A stretch of 56,487 nt of DNA, filler included, from Sphacelaria rigidula (Eukaryota), in NCBI GenBank assembly GCA_964200075.2. It is 3 parts of 3 records of this genome, joined end to end, with 100 filler letters (N's around TTAATTAATTAA, not from the genome) between each part and the next. Parts side by side here need not be neighbours in the genome. Positions count along the whole stretch, not along the records: positions 18,867 to 37,631 come from CAXNAA020000797.1; 2 more parts are not named here. One strand, written 5' to 3'. The notes beneath the pieces were generated by a model. The model saw only the letters and a program-made list of their open reading frames with translations, did no database searches and was not told the DNA's origin. The position numbers and the translations under genes were made by a program. The stretch's first letter is position 1; each line of letters starts with the position of its first letter. Shown piece by piece: positions 22,001 through 34,367 of the stretch.

Positions 22001-25000
22001 AGTAGCGGCGGCGCTTTTCTTTTCACCTGTCCGATTGAGCCAGAAAAAAGAAGCGGGGAGCAAGGCTCAGAAAGCATGTTGATTCGTCTTCTCAACGATT
22101 GGTCCGTCGCCCTGGTTGCGGCGACGAATCAAGATGCTGCAATTCGACGCTTGCTCTACTCGTGGCTTTTTTTTTGGTCTCGTCGTTTTGGAAGTTTTCA
22201 GGTTATTTGCCAAGACTTGTGTCAGCTGTTCGCGTTAAAGGGCAACATGAACCAGCGGCGCAATGACCCTTGCTGTTGTGGTACACATAAAATGCATCAC
22301 ACACGGCCGGCCCTCTTCCAATACCAATCGAACTGCTTAGCAAGATAGCTTGCCTGCCCGCAGCGAATACTTCGGATTCCGACGAGGATTCACAAAACTG
22401 GCTCCCTAGAAAGAGCAGTCGGTGATTCTCTCCGCACTAGACGCAGTCGGATCCAGGTCTGGAAGTCTCGAACCAGCGTAACTGCAACTCATGACTGAAA
22501 CACATCACACTTTCACAAGTCAGCCCGAGCAAACGTGATATCCATAGCACAAAGGCATCGTTCCTGGCGCTCGCTATTGCTCATCTATACTCGGTGCTCT
22601 TTATTTCATGGCAATCCGTTCGGTATTCGAAGGGAGCCGGCCGTGTATGTGCATCAAAAGTTGATCAGAATGGAGTCGTTGATCAGTTCTGGGTGTGTGT
22701 TACGACGCCCGTCTGACATAAATCATCGTGTCGCATTTGATTTTGAAGCGATTTCCCCCGAGCCAAATCGCCGTGCTCAGTTGAACAATGGATACGGCTC
22801 GAGCTGTTTATTTCCTATCCTGGGACAGTGAGATCAGAACCATGTGAGCTTATGCCTCAGATCCAGGCTATGGCAGGTGTGTACCCCAGCAAGGATCATT
22901 GTGCCGTGGGCTCATGTTTGCACTCCGTGACGAAGGGCTCAAGAAGGGCGAATGGATTGAAACAGACCAAAATAATGAATGATAAAAGTGCCCTTCCTCG
23001 AAAAAAGCGCCGCCGCTTCTTACCCTTGAGGGAGGGGGAGGGGGGTGTCGCAGCAACCAAGTAGCATGCTTTTTTTTTCTTCGTGTAGGTAAGGGCCCGT
23101 TTCGGAACCTTTTTGGACCCGTTGATGGAGAGAGAACATTGACGATTGACGTTGTCGTGGGCAAGGTATGGTTGTTGTTGTGCAACTGTTGATGATGAAG
23201 CTCACCAAAACGGTACGGCACACCACTCTAAGTTCAAGTACACTAATGTGATATATTCGTGCACCGAACTCGAGGTGACGTTTTCCCGGTGACGAAAGCT
23301 AAAATATGGAAGTTTGCACTCGAGTTGCAAAAGGGTTAGCAAGACGAGAAATATGAGAAGGCGACGTGAGAGTAATGCGAGCTGGGCCAGCCAAGAGTAG
23401 GCGCGAATCTCGCTCAGGCGACGCACGACGCGATATTGGGAGTTGGACGCTGAAATTTTGACAGCAGCTTTTCATGATCGAAGTGCAGAAGATCACCTGA
23501 CCAGCAAAGAAAAAAAGGAAATAAAAAAAGTTATGGACATTTGAAATTTCAGAAAAAAACAAGATAATGTCATAAGTCCAGGCAAAAAAAGAGAACCTGC
23601 AGCTGGACACGTAATGTATCGGTTTCTCGGGTGCAGAAGGTCTTTCTGGAATTGCAGCTCAAGAGTCGTCGAATTGGGCCGTGCGTTCAACATTTTCCAT
23701 GACGCTGCTGCACTCCTATAAATCAAGTGATGGGAGACCCCAATTATGTAGATCGTGAGTTCGTATCCCGACAGTTTCTCTTCTTTTTTTTTCGTCCGTC
23801 GTTAAGGTTATACATTATGCTGTACATTTTTTTTTCATTCAGCGGCGGTGCCGTGTGTTACCAGGTTGGTCTGCACTTAGCAGTGATCTGCTAACATCAG
23901 GTTCATTCGGGAAACTGGGGAAGCTGTGGTGTGAGCAAGTTTTAGCAGCTTTTAAGGTGGCCCAGCTCGTATTGATTGTGGAGGTTTGGGACTTTTTTTT
24001 CCCTGCGGGTGTTCCCGATTGGTTGTGAGTTGATGACAGATTATCACCTCCGCCGGAATCACTAATGATTCATTTTCGTGCGAATAAATGAAGCTTTTCT
24101 GTTTTTCACCTCTCCCGTCGCGCACAAATGACTGTCAAATGATCTTGAAACCATCTGAAAACATGATGTCATGGATGTATCAGATACGAGCTAATTACGA
24201 CCTATTGTATTCGATCGCACGTTTCCGAGTCGATTTTTTTATAAGACACGGCCTTGGCCCTCGATAAAAAAACTGCGGTGGAAAGGCGAGAAGGGGCACT
24301 CAACTCCTGCCTTGGAGATCACCACGTCAAGTACTACCCGTTCACAGAACCATACAAATCCCACAAAAGTGATTATCAGCAACCACTGCAACCCTGCAGC
24401 ATACTGTTGAGCACGAGAATACATACACTGCAGTAGTTGGAAACTGGCACTATTACCCTCTTGGCATGATATTTATTTCTTGTAAGCGAAAACTTTAGTT
24501 CATTTTGATGTAAGGGTTCGGTGACCGAGTTGTTTGGTAAGGTGGGCAACCGACGTGCGTACACGCTCATGGACAGTGCAGGCAACACAGAACTGCAAGT
24601 TGTTTCAGTCCCTTTTACATCCTCCTGTATGCAGAGAGTACAAGACAGTCCCGTGCTGTCTGTGCTGCACGTTGCCCGCTTCTGTTTCACACCCTGTTGT
24701 ACAAAACACGGACACTACAGACACTACAGTACTGATAACAAGTAAACGAGTACCGCTGCACGAACTCCACTGTCTGTTTCGATCGAAAGCTTGCTATAAT
24801 AGTTCGCTTGGACTCAACTCGCGCGAAACGAACGATTCCGCTGGAATCAATTCCACCTCACTTTTCTTCCATTGGCAAAAATTGTGCCAAGGCACGCCCT
24901 ACCGGCCCATCTTCACGGAACCAAGTGAAAAAGCGAAGAGCGAAGCAAGCGTCGAAGGACAGCGTGTTGATTGGTAGCAGCAACTGGAGCAACGGACCAA

Positions 25001-25488
25001 TAATTGCGGCGACCAATCAACATGCTGCTTTTCGACGCCCAGTTTGCTCTGATGGGCGATAAGAGCATTCGGCACCCATGAGGCAGTGTGTAACCCCTGG
25101 CTGTCTCTGAAAGTGGTGATACCAGCGAATGAAGCAACTCAATGTAGGCTGTCATCGAAAGGCAAGATAATCAGTACACTTCGAGCCGAACATGCCTAGC
25201 AGGATGTAGCTCACCCTTCATGAGACTCGCCGAACACATCACGGCGCTTCGCGCCTGGTGGTTTGAGTGCGAGCCTGGTCCGGCGAAAACCCGCCGCCAT
25301 CTATCCCGGCTTTGTAGGGATGCGAGATCAATGGTCGTATGACTACGCCATGCAACATCACGAGTGCAACCCTCCCCTCCCTCATATTTTCACCGGTATG
25401 TGCTTGGATCTGTACATATATGCATGCACTCCTCATGCTTCTGTGCTTTTGCTCTTGTGCGCCGCCGCGCTGTCTAATCTATCTGCAG

Positions 25489-27236
25489 TACCTGTTCGGA
25501 AGGCGTCTCGGCCAAGGGCGACAGGGGGAGGTGCGACACGCGATCCAGCGATCAGATGGGCAAAGCGTGGCAGTCAAGTGCGTTCGGCGGCACCGCCACG
25601 CTGACGACCAGGTGCGTCGCGGGCCGTTTGGTGGGGTGATGGTCAGCTTTGATATCATGGGTATGAGTGCCGATACGGAAAGTTGGTACGAGTAAGATAA
25701 TGATACAAAGCCCTTCGTCGAGCGAGTATCCGTGCTAGCGCAAACTACACGGCAAAGGTCCGGGTAAATATGAGTTACTAGTAAATGCGACGTTAGTGAA
25801 AGCGTCATAACTCGACGCCCCACGGTCAGTGAGTTATGTAGAGTGGTTGATTTCCCTCGCAAGCTCCGAACGCATGGAACAGCTCATCTTATCTTGCCGG
25901 GGTTTAGTACTCAGCATCAAGGGCAATATTCGCACTTCTCGGGCTGTTTGTGGTAGGTGCTATTGTGCACTACCTCCCTTGGGTTGAATCGCCCTTCCTA
26001 CCGTTTCCGTGTGCTTTTATGCTACAGAGTGGCGAATATTTTCAAGATGACCTCACTCATGTCTGCGATTAGTTGCATTTGTACTCTTAGCTTCATGATG
26101 AGCACCACTTCGAATCACAAGTTGGTTATACGGGACCAGCTGTAGATTATTTATGCCGGTTGCGTCAAAAGCTTTCGCCACAAAGCCGGGGAACATGCTC
26201 CGTACTCGAAGCCGCCGCCGAAAGAAAACGTCCATTTTCGAATCCAAATTTTAGAAGCGGTACAAGTCGTACGTCCGTCAGATGGGTAGAACACAAGTTT
26301 AAGCACGACAGAAACGGACGGTCGTCGAGTGCTCGGTGCGCGCATGTAAGAATGCTCAGAAAAACAAGCAGGGTACCCCCGACAAGCGTTGCGCTCTTGC
26401 GGCTGACGACCGTGCATGTTGTGTTGACTTCTATGACGTTCGCCCCCATCGCCCCTGGTCGACCCTTGCTCGATATAGGTGTAATATCGACGCAATGTTG
26501 TAGCCTCTCATCTCTCCATACTTTTCCAACCTTCCGACCACGGCGTGTGTTTTTCTCCACACCCCTCACCTTTCCCCCCCCTTGCCGTTGTACTCGGAGC
26601 ACAGACGGAGATTGAAGGTGTGTTGGAGGAGGCAGCTGTGCTTAAGCGTCTCTCGCACTCGAGTATCGTGAGCCTCATGAAGTTCGAATCGCTGCCCAGC
26701 TGCAACTATCTCGTGCTCGAGGTGGGTTTTGTACGTGTCTCTTCTGTTCCGGAATGTCACGGCATGCGCTGAATAGTCCCATTCCCCTCTGTGTGCCGAA
26801 GTGCTCCTTGTATTTGTTTGGTGTTCTTGTGCCGAGAGGGGCGGAGTATGGCATGCCCCATTGCGACTGGCTGATGTTGCGCACACCAACGTTCACGCGT
26901 CGGTCACTGCTCTAGTGATGTGGATTATGTACACAATCGACAATCGATGGGGTCCCACCATGACGTGTCTCTCTCAGCCTTTCGTTGTCGGGATTACAAG
27001 CGGGTGCCATTTCTGCTCGTTGGATCAATGGTTGCTCGGTGATGCCTCTTGTCCCCTTGACGCATGCGTGTGGCGGTACGTTTCTGTAAGTTGTACTCTT
27101 GTTGGCAGGTATGTCCAGTAAGTAGACTGAGGCATCTGGGGAAAATGCGATCACCTTGGTTTTTTTTTTGGTTATTCAGGGTAGTCTGGTGGGGTTTCAT
27201 TCTCAGCGCTCTCGTTTCATTTTTGCGATGGCATGC

Positions 27237-27283
<47 letters not shown>

Positions 27284-28851
27284 CCACACATCGTTTTGCT
27301 TCTTTTACTCTGTGCACAGCGTAGATTTGATGAAAATCGGCGGGCTGCGTGTGTACTGAACCAATCCTGAACAGTAATGTGCAGGGTAAGCACCGAGATC
27401 GCAAATGGGTTGATGACCACGGAGTCGTCCTTTGGAGAGGAGAATGTATTCGAAAACGTCTCGCGAAAGAAAAAACAAGACAGCGTAATGTCGCGGCTAT
27501 TGAACATGCCCCCCGCCCCCCGGATGCCACCTGTGCGAACGACAGCTCTTGGACGGAGGCGAGCTGCTGGATGCCGTGGCAGGACTCGCCACCTACACCG
27601 AGCACGATGCGAGGCAAATCGCGATAGCGCTGCTCAAGGGGCTGGCGCATGCGCACGACTCAGCCAGATGCGTTCACCGAGACCTCAGGCCGGAGAAATT
27701 GCTGCTGCAAAGGGACCCTGTGGGCACTAAGTCGCGGTCGCTCGGGCGACGGGTGAAGATCACGGGATGGGGTCGGGCGAAACTCCTTCCCGATAATGGG
27801 CTGGTGCCGGGAGAGCCCTGCTTCAGTGCCAAAGGTGAACGAGAACATACTATACTCTTGTTTATATGTGGGTTGTACGTAGAGCTTGCCGACGGATGTT
27901 GATGCTTTCTGTGGCCGGAAGTTGATCCGAGGATTCCATGGGGTTTTTTTCGCAAAGATGAGAATGGGGGGCCGAGGGACGAGACTCGGGGAAACACGAT
28001 GGACGGTCTTTTATGCTATTGGTGTTGTGGCACGTAGTCCAAAGGTGAGTAGACATCGGTCTATACCTTTCGGTATATGTGGCCGCACTAGCCGGGGTCA
28101 CACAGGAAGAAGGCCAAGACAGGATTTTTTTTCTCTTTTCTTGTCTTTGCTTTTGTTGTCCACCTTCCTTCTGCGGTGCTTGCCTTTATTTTTTATCGCA
28201 AGAGGGGTTCAGCAAGCAGCCCTTTCCCTCGACCACTGAGGCGAATTTTGTGTACCCATGACATAGTCGCTCTCCACTGATGGGCATTGTGTGAGAAAAC
28301 TCCCGGATCGCTCCGAGATTCGAACCCACGACGCTATTCTCTATTAACTTCGGGCAAGAAAAAGGCTCATGAATCTGTTTTCCCGTGCCAATTCCCTTCC
28401 CCCGACTCGGGTTTTCGCATACCCCGCAGCCTTCTCCGCGCCAGAAATGCTGTTGGGAGAGTCACACGGAGCATCGGCAGACATGTTCGCGGTGGGCGCA
28501 ATTCTCTATACCCTTCTGTCGGGATCCCCGCCCCGTGCTGCGGGGCTCGTCGCCGCGATCAACCCGGCACCGCCTGACGTCTCAGGCCCCGCGTGGGGAG
28601 GCGTGTCTTCGGAGGCCAAGGGACTGGTAGGTGCGCTCATGACGCCCAGAGGACCAGCCGCTCGGCTAACAGCGAGGCAAGCGCTGGGGCACTCATGGAT
28701 TCGGGCCGGTGAGCGAGCCCTCCGGGCTAGGTCGCTGGAGGCTGTTCTGAAGGGGGCTAGGGTTTTGAGTTGGAGAGGGGCGATGGATCTGCAGAAAGCG
28801 GGAAATGGGGTACAAGGTGCTGCTATTCCGAGAGTAAGAAGCATGTTTTGA
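25489..28851 (+). CDS. CAMK-group protein kinase-like protein with degenerate Mg2+-binding motifs (atypical kinase or pseudokinase); 5' exon(s) not identified
   Basis: Exons 25489-25611 (YLFGRRLGQGRQGEV...VAVK), 26605-26721 (LEEAAVLKRLSHSSIV...YLVLE), 27546-27834 (LDGGELLD...HRDLRPEKLLL...VKITGWG) and 28430-28851 (AFSAPEML...ADMFAVGAILYTLLSG...RLTARQALGHSWI...stop). All junctions GT-AG and in phase; 316 aa with no frameshift. Confidence 0.85.
27238..27282. repeat. (AC)n microsatellite in a kinase intron
   Basis: About 22 AC units. Confidence 0.95.
28055..28334 (-). mobile_element. tRNA-derived SINE, near-complete copy in the last kinase intron
   Basis: Family core plus B-box end (GATTCGAACCCACGAC on the plus strand). 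Confidence 0.8.
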
Positions 28852-29229
28852 TTCATTCTTCTTTTTTTTTGCGTTAGTGGAGGCCTTGGATGAACGGAAT
28901 TTTGACGTTTGCATTTTTTTTCGTGTCATTAAAAAATCATAGGTCTGCGGGGGGAGGGGAAGGAGGTTGAAAGTATTTTTGGTCAATGAGGTGTAATCTA
29001 GAAAATAAAAAACATCCCCTGGGACAAAAGCTCTGTAGGGAGTTGTTGTTGGGCGGCTGTAAGATGTTGGCCGAGGAAATACAGTCATTATGAGAGACGA
29101 TTCGGCTTTCGGTTGGAAAATAAGGTCGAGAGAACGCGTGGTTTGAAATGACTGACGGTTACAGGGCATCATGTACTCATAGACTGATGGAGTAAGATGT
29201 GTACCGGAGAGGTTCGACGCAGACATCGG

Positions 29230-29700
29230 GTGGTCTTCAGTCGTGAGGCTGATGAGTTGCCAGTTACATGGCTACTGCTCAAGTGAGGGAGTTTGCGTCT
29301 GTATCTGCTGGGAGTATTTGCGGCTGGACTGACGTTTGGCTGAGACACCGGGTTTATCACCTTACCCGGCAAAGGACGTATTTTGAGTTTTCATGTATGC
29401 CACAGCGTGAGAATCCAGAAAACGATATGATCGATCTAATCGCAGTAGGTCAAGAGGTTATATAGGTTGGAGAATATGTATGCGGACGGTGGTGCGTAAC
29501 GGTCCGTTCATGTGTAATTTATTTCATGACTGGTATGTGTGTGTGCATGTTCGCTCATGCTGAGATCCTTCGCTGCTGTCGGCATGTCGAAACAACTCGG
29601 GATGTGCTGTTGTGTACGGCATGTGCCTTGCCATCTGCATGGCCTCCGCAGGGCCTTGCTGATCAGCTTGAGTATCGTCGGTTATACAGGATATATCAGC
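29230..29700 (+). mobile_element. Probable decayed non-LTR retrotransposon (RTE-like) reverse transcriptase remnant
   Basis: Ordered degenerate motifs across frameshifts and stops: EADEL (compare YADD), then FSCMP...IDLIAVGQEVI*VGEYV (compare TExMCMP...IxAAGQxYKQxxxFVYLG), then DVLLCTACA..AW (compare ETLLYGCxTW). Confidence 0.4.
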
Positions 29701-32700
29701 GCCAAGTGATTGGTGCCCGAAATTTTGAATCACACGGGGATGATACTTCCGTTGGAAGTGGTGTGAAGGATAACCCCACAGATCCTAGCGCAACTGACTT
29801 GATCAACAGAGTGCTTTTTTTGTCACGACTGGATTCGCACCGCCTGAGGCCGTGTACGATAATCAATCACTGAGGTTTGAACTGTCAAATCCCGTAGGTC
29901 GTCGGTACCGTGAGGGAGGGGTAATGATTATGGTGTGTTTTGGGCTGACATAGAAGTTCTTCGGGTATGCAGTAGTCATCATGCTGCCCGCGTTGGCCTT
30001 CATGCTTGTGGGAATATCGTGGGATGTAAGGGCTGGTATGTACCGCAGCTGTGGTTTCCGTGTTTTTGTTATCACATTTTGCCGAAAGATGTGGTCACCC
30101 CCCCTCCCATCGACGGTAAAAAAAGCTGGAAGATCTGTCGTGGAGGGTGTGGGGGTTATGTGAGGGGGGCAAATGGCTTTCAGAGTACCGTATACTCTTG
30201 GTGAGCTCGGGTATCGTGAGGGAGAATAGCATCATCGCTAGACTGCCGTACAGGATGGCCTAGGCACCCAAGTGGCTCGGATGCGGGCCTGTTCATTGGA
30301 TTTCTCCGCTTCGAGTTACAGCATGGTAAGTGTAGAATGCAATGGAACGGATCGCGATATCTCTGGTCTTTCGTACGAAACTGTTCATCGCGTTCCCAAT
30401 TAGCTCGGCGCGACTACCCTCTGTTGCCGCAGGTCACCGTTGTAATGGAGAATAATTTATTATAGCAGTCGTTCCATAGCGTGGTGGATGCTCCTGGACC
30501 AACACCGTCCGACTGGGACATCGCCATACGCTTAGATATGACGGGTGTGGGCCATGCTACTCTTTCGCGGTGATCTCGTCCGCTTTTCCTCGAACAATCG
30601 GGGTACTTGGGGGACGGGCTTCGAATACAATCTCAGCATGCAGGTCACTGTGGATATCATGACGTGTTGGAAACGTGGTGTGTTCTCGCGGGGGTACGTT
30701 CCTTCGGTAATACTCGAACGTTCAGAAGACATTGGAAAGTGGCCGTGTGTGATTGAGGTCGTTCTTGTCGAGATTTCGGGGAGTTGGGTTGCGCAAGAGA
30801 GCACGAGGTAAGGTGGTCGCCGGGAAGAATGTCCCATCAAGGACGTGTGCAACAAATACGCAGCCCACTCGATGGTGTACAAACCGTATAATACCGTATC
30901 CTAGATAAAGTGCACCCCGACACGCGTCTCCGTCTGGGTTTGACAAAAGGCGACGCGGCATCTATTGAGCGGGGGGCGCGGGCAGGGGGTAGTCCGCGTT
31001 GCGTGAAAATACTTTGATTTATATACTTTACTTCCGTGGTCGGGGGACGGCCTGTTTATTTTTCAACGCACCTTTTTGCAGATTTTGTACTCGACAGTTT
31101 ATGCATGTGCTCTCGAGTTTTGGGTTTCGCTTGGCACGTATGATTTTGCGATTCTTCGCGGTGACTACACGCACGCGTGGCTGAACGAGTCTGCATGCTT
31201 TCGTTTTGTTTCTCGGGGAAGGTGTAAGGTACCGATTTTGTTTCCCATGATGTAATTCAGGGCGCTCGAGTGTGTTTCAGGAGTAAGGGCGAACGTTCCT
31301 TCTCTTCTTTTTTTTCACTGGGAAGGCACACCATGGCACTGTATAACTTCCGTTTTCCTGCCTCGTGTACTCCCTCCAGTGACGATATCCGCTCCCACCC
31401 ATTTTTGTGTTCCTCAAACGTTAAAACATGCTCGAAAGAGTACCCAGTCAAGATATCGAAGTAGTATAGTAATGAGACTTAGTTAACGCCATGTACAGCA
31501 GAAGCCCCATTCCACACCTTCATGGTCAACAAAATATGGACCTGAAGGGGGAATCGTGTCACAAGTAGAGGCATTTTCGTACGTTCTGTGTGATGAGTTT
31601 ATAGTTTTGTTAGTGAGGGTTGGAGATGGAGTATCCCTGGACCTTTGTCCCGTCTTGTGATCAATTGGCGTGAGTTATGGAAGGGGTCAGTCGGGGCGGG
31701 GTAGGGTCGGCAGACAGACGGATTAACATGAGTAATGAGGCAGTAGTCGGCATCCATCGAAATGGGTGTATCACGATTTACTGCATAGAGCGGCAGGGGT
31801 AGGGCAGGAATTTCTTCAATTTACAAAAATGATGTCCATCTGCACTCGGGGTGTTTTCGGCGCCGACCTTATCAACTCTTGTGGGCGACGCGCCTGCGAT
31901 TCTACAGAGACTGACTCCTACCCCATCACCGCCATACTATCGGTGGCACTGGGCTCACGTTTCTATCTCCAGCTGTTTCTGGTAGCGTCGATATTACAAG
32001 CGGCGCAGGGTGCAATCTCGCGGCCGTGGTTGGAAACGCCGACGATTGGAAATATTTCGTACATGTGTGGACTTCAAGGCTTTCACGGTATTTTTACCGC
32101 GCAAAAATCAAAATCGGGATATCATCCAGATGCCTGAAGCCACCGCGGTATGTAGCAAGATGATTAATCAATGAGGCCGTAACCCATGATGGAATTGTGG
32201 CCAAGTTGAATTTCCAGACTTGATGGGCAGTGGGTGAGGGTATAAAACCATTCAATTCCTGCACCCTATATCATTTCAAAACTAAGTTGCACCTTGCCTC
32301 GGGATAACTTGGATGGAGATGACGAACAACCCTCAGATTTGAACCCGGCCGGGCAACTGTATTGTAGCAGTGACCACAGTTGAAATGTGTACCATCACTG
32401 TGGCATTACTCGTCAAATGGCTTTTATGTTGGCAACTTATCGTTGTGTACAGAATTACATTACAGGGTGCGAACAGATTCCTCCCTAGCGACGCGCACCA
32501 TGTAACATGGGATTGTCCGATCGGATCACCAAAATCCCCCCAAATTGACCCATCTAGGGCCCCGATATTTCGGATATAGAAATTCAAATTTGCATGGCGT
32601 GTAGCAGTTGTCAACAGCGACCAGTACGAGAAGAAATGAAACCATACTTCGAAGATTTGGTGTGGATACGAAGTTCTTATTTATCCGGGTTCTCATCCCT

Positions 32701-34002
32701 AATCAGTAAAATCCCGTCTTACATTCTACTGATCGAAGCTACCACTCCGAGTTGTCTGTGCCAGTTTCAGTCGTGGCCAGTGGCTCTCAGAGTTGCTTGT
32801 GTGGTTGTCCTGTACGTCTGTCACGCGACGTGCGCTGTCTAACGGTCGCCAAGTTAGGTTTCCGTACGAGCGATGTCATCATCAGAAAGTCCAAAATGAC
32901 TTCTCCACACACATTCAACAATGTTTTCGTGAGATTGACAGCAGAGCATTGATTGAGAGTGGATATTATTATTCGCTTCAATTTGACCAACTTTTGACTC
33001 TGTGTGCTCTTCTCTGCGTGTAACACTGGTGTGTGCTTACAGCTACATGTCGATACCCTACTTAGGGATATCAAGAGTTGAGCAATGCTACGGTAGGGGT
33101 GCACTTTTTGCGCAAAATCTTGTCTCGTTCAGGGGCTCCTTACAATTCTAGATGCACAAGAATATGGGTCAGGGCATCCCCGTTTGCAAGTTCCGTCGGG
33201 ATATCCGTAGCCCATTGGAATATTAACCCTGGCGTACTCTCAGGTATTTCATAAGTCGTGTTTTGGATGAGATAAAGGGCTCCTAACAATTCCAACCCCA
33301 GAACAGATTTGTGTACCCCTACCGTAGCATCACTCAGTTCAAGTGGCAAGCTACTACCGAAAATGTATCGGGTCTCGTGAAGGGGGATTTCGGAACTGAA
33401 ACTCTTCATTCATTTTTTTACCGCATCTCACCCTCAATGGTATCCTCTCCTCTCGATCTCGGGGTGTGTATAAGCACATCTTTTTTAAGTCGTGAAAGTG
33501 CGGTGAAAAACAAATCCCGATCCGATTGTTCGTGATTTCAACCATGTTCAAAACGACCTACTTTAGTCGAAATCACAAAGTAAAAGATCGGAATTTTCTT
33601 TCTTAACCGCACAATTTCGATGGAGAAATCATGTGCCACGACACCCCCTCACGAAAACATTGTTGTTCCGAGAACAAAACTTCCTTCTCCACATCATTTT
33701 TTTCGATGAAGGGCGGTGTCGTAGCCACTGATTGCAAGGTGATGTGATTCTGGAGTGTAAATTTTCCGTCCCAGTGAGGCATGGGCCGTGTCCTTAAGTA
33801 CAACAAATACTTGATAAATCTGGTACACGACCGGTAGACACGCCACGCGATGAAGATGTTACGCAGCGATATCGTTGCCTGTAGAGAGCTCGTGGAGAAA
33901 AGTATTGAGCACCTAGTTGCTCGAAGGAAACGTCTTGAAAACCTGCGCAACTGGTTACTCAAAAACGACTCTTGATTGAGAATTTCGCGCATATACTCGG
34001 CT

Positions 34003-34367
34003 AGTCGCCCCCGTGGCTCAGGTGGTAACGTCGTAACCTTGTGACGGTCGGGTCGTGGGTTCGGTTCCCGGTGCAATCACACAATCTGGGATTTCAGCTC
34101 ACCACGCGCCCAACAATGGAGAGCAACGATGTCGTGGGTATGCAGATTTCGATTTTTCGCTCGACGAGGGAAAGGGAATACTGCACCCTTCTCGCGTTAA
34201 AAAAAGACAGGCACCGCAAGGAAGGTGGAATGCTAGAACAAGATAAAAGAGAAGAAACTCCTGTGTTGACCCTCCTCCTGTGTGACCCTGGCTGATGCGC
34301 CCACATACACCGAAAGGTGTAGACTGGCCTCCAGAAAAGAAGGGATGATAACACACCACACACACAC
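34003..34367 (+). mobile_element. tRNA-derived SINE, full-length copy
   Basis: Head GTCGCCCCCGTGGCTCAGGTGGTAA...GTCGTGGGTTCGGTTCCC, family body, and CA-rich tail. Confidence 0.85.

Noticed and set aside
23730-24541. Candidate 5' exons of the kinase (MGDPNYVD|gtgagt at about 23730; GSVTELFGK|gtgggc at about 24515-24541)
   Set aside because: Plausible, but acceptors and phases are ambiguous and cannot be supported without transcripts.
26994-27656. ORFs with poly-CV/HT, or poly-H/Q/V around 36750-37220
   Set aside because: Translations of microsatellites.
30722-30961. LDKNDLNHTRPLSN resembling LINE RT NYRPIS
   Set aside because: Isolated motif with no downstream QxGFR or YADD in any frame; may be chance.
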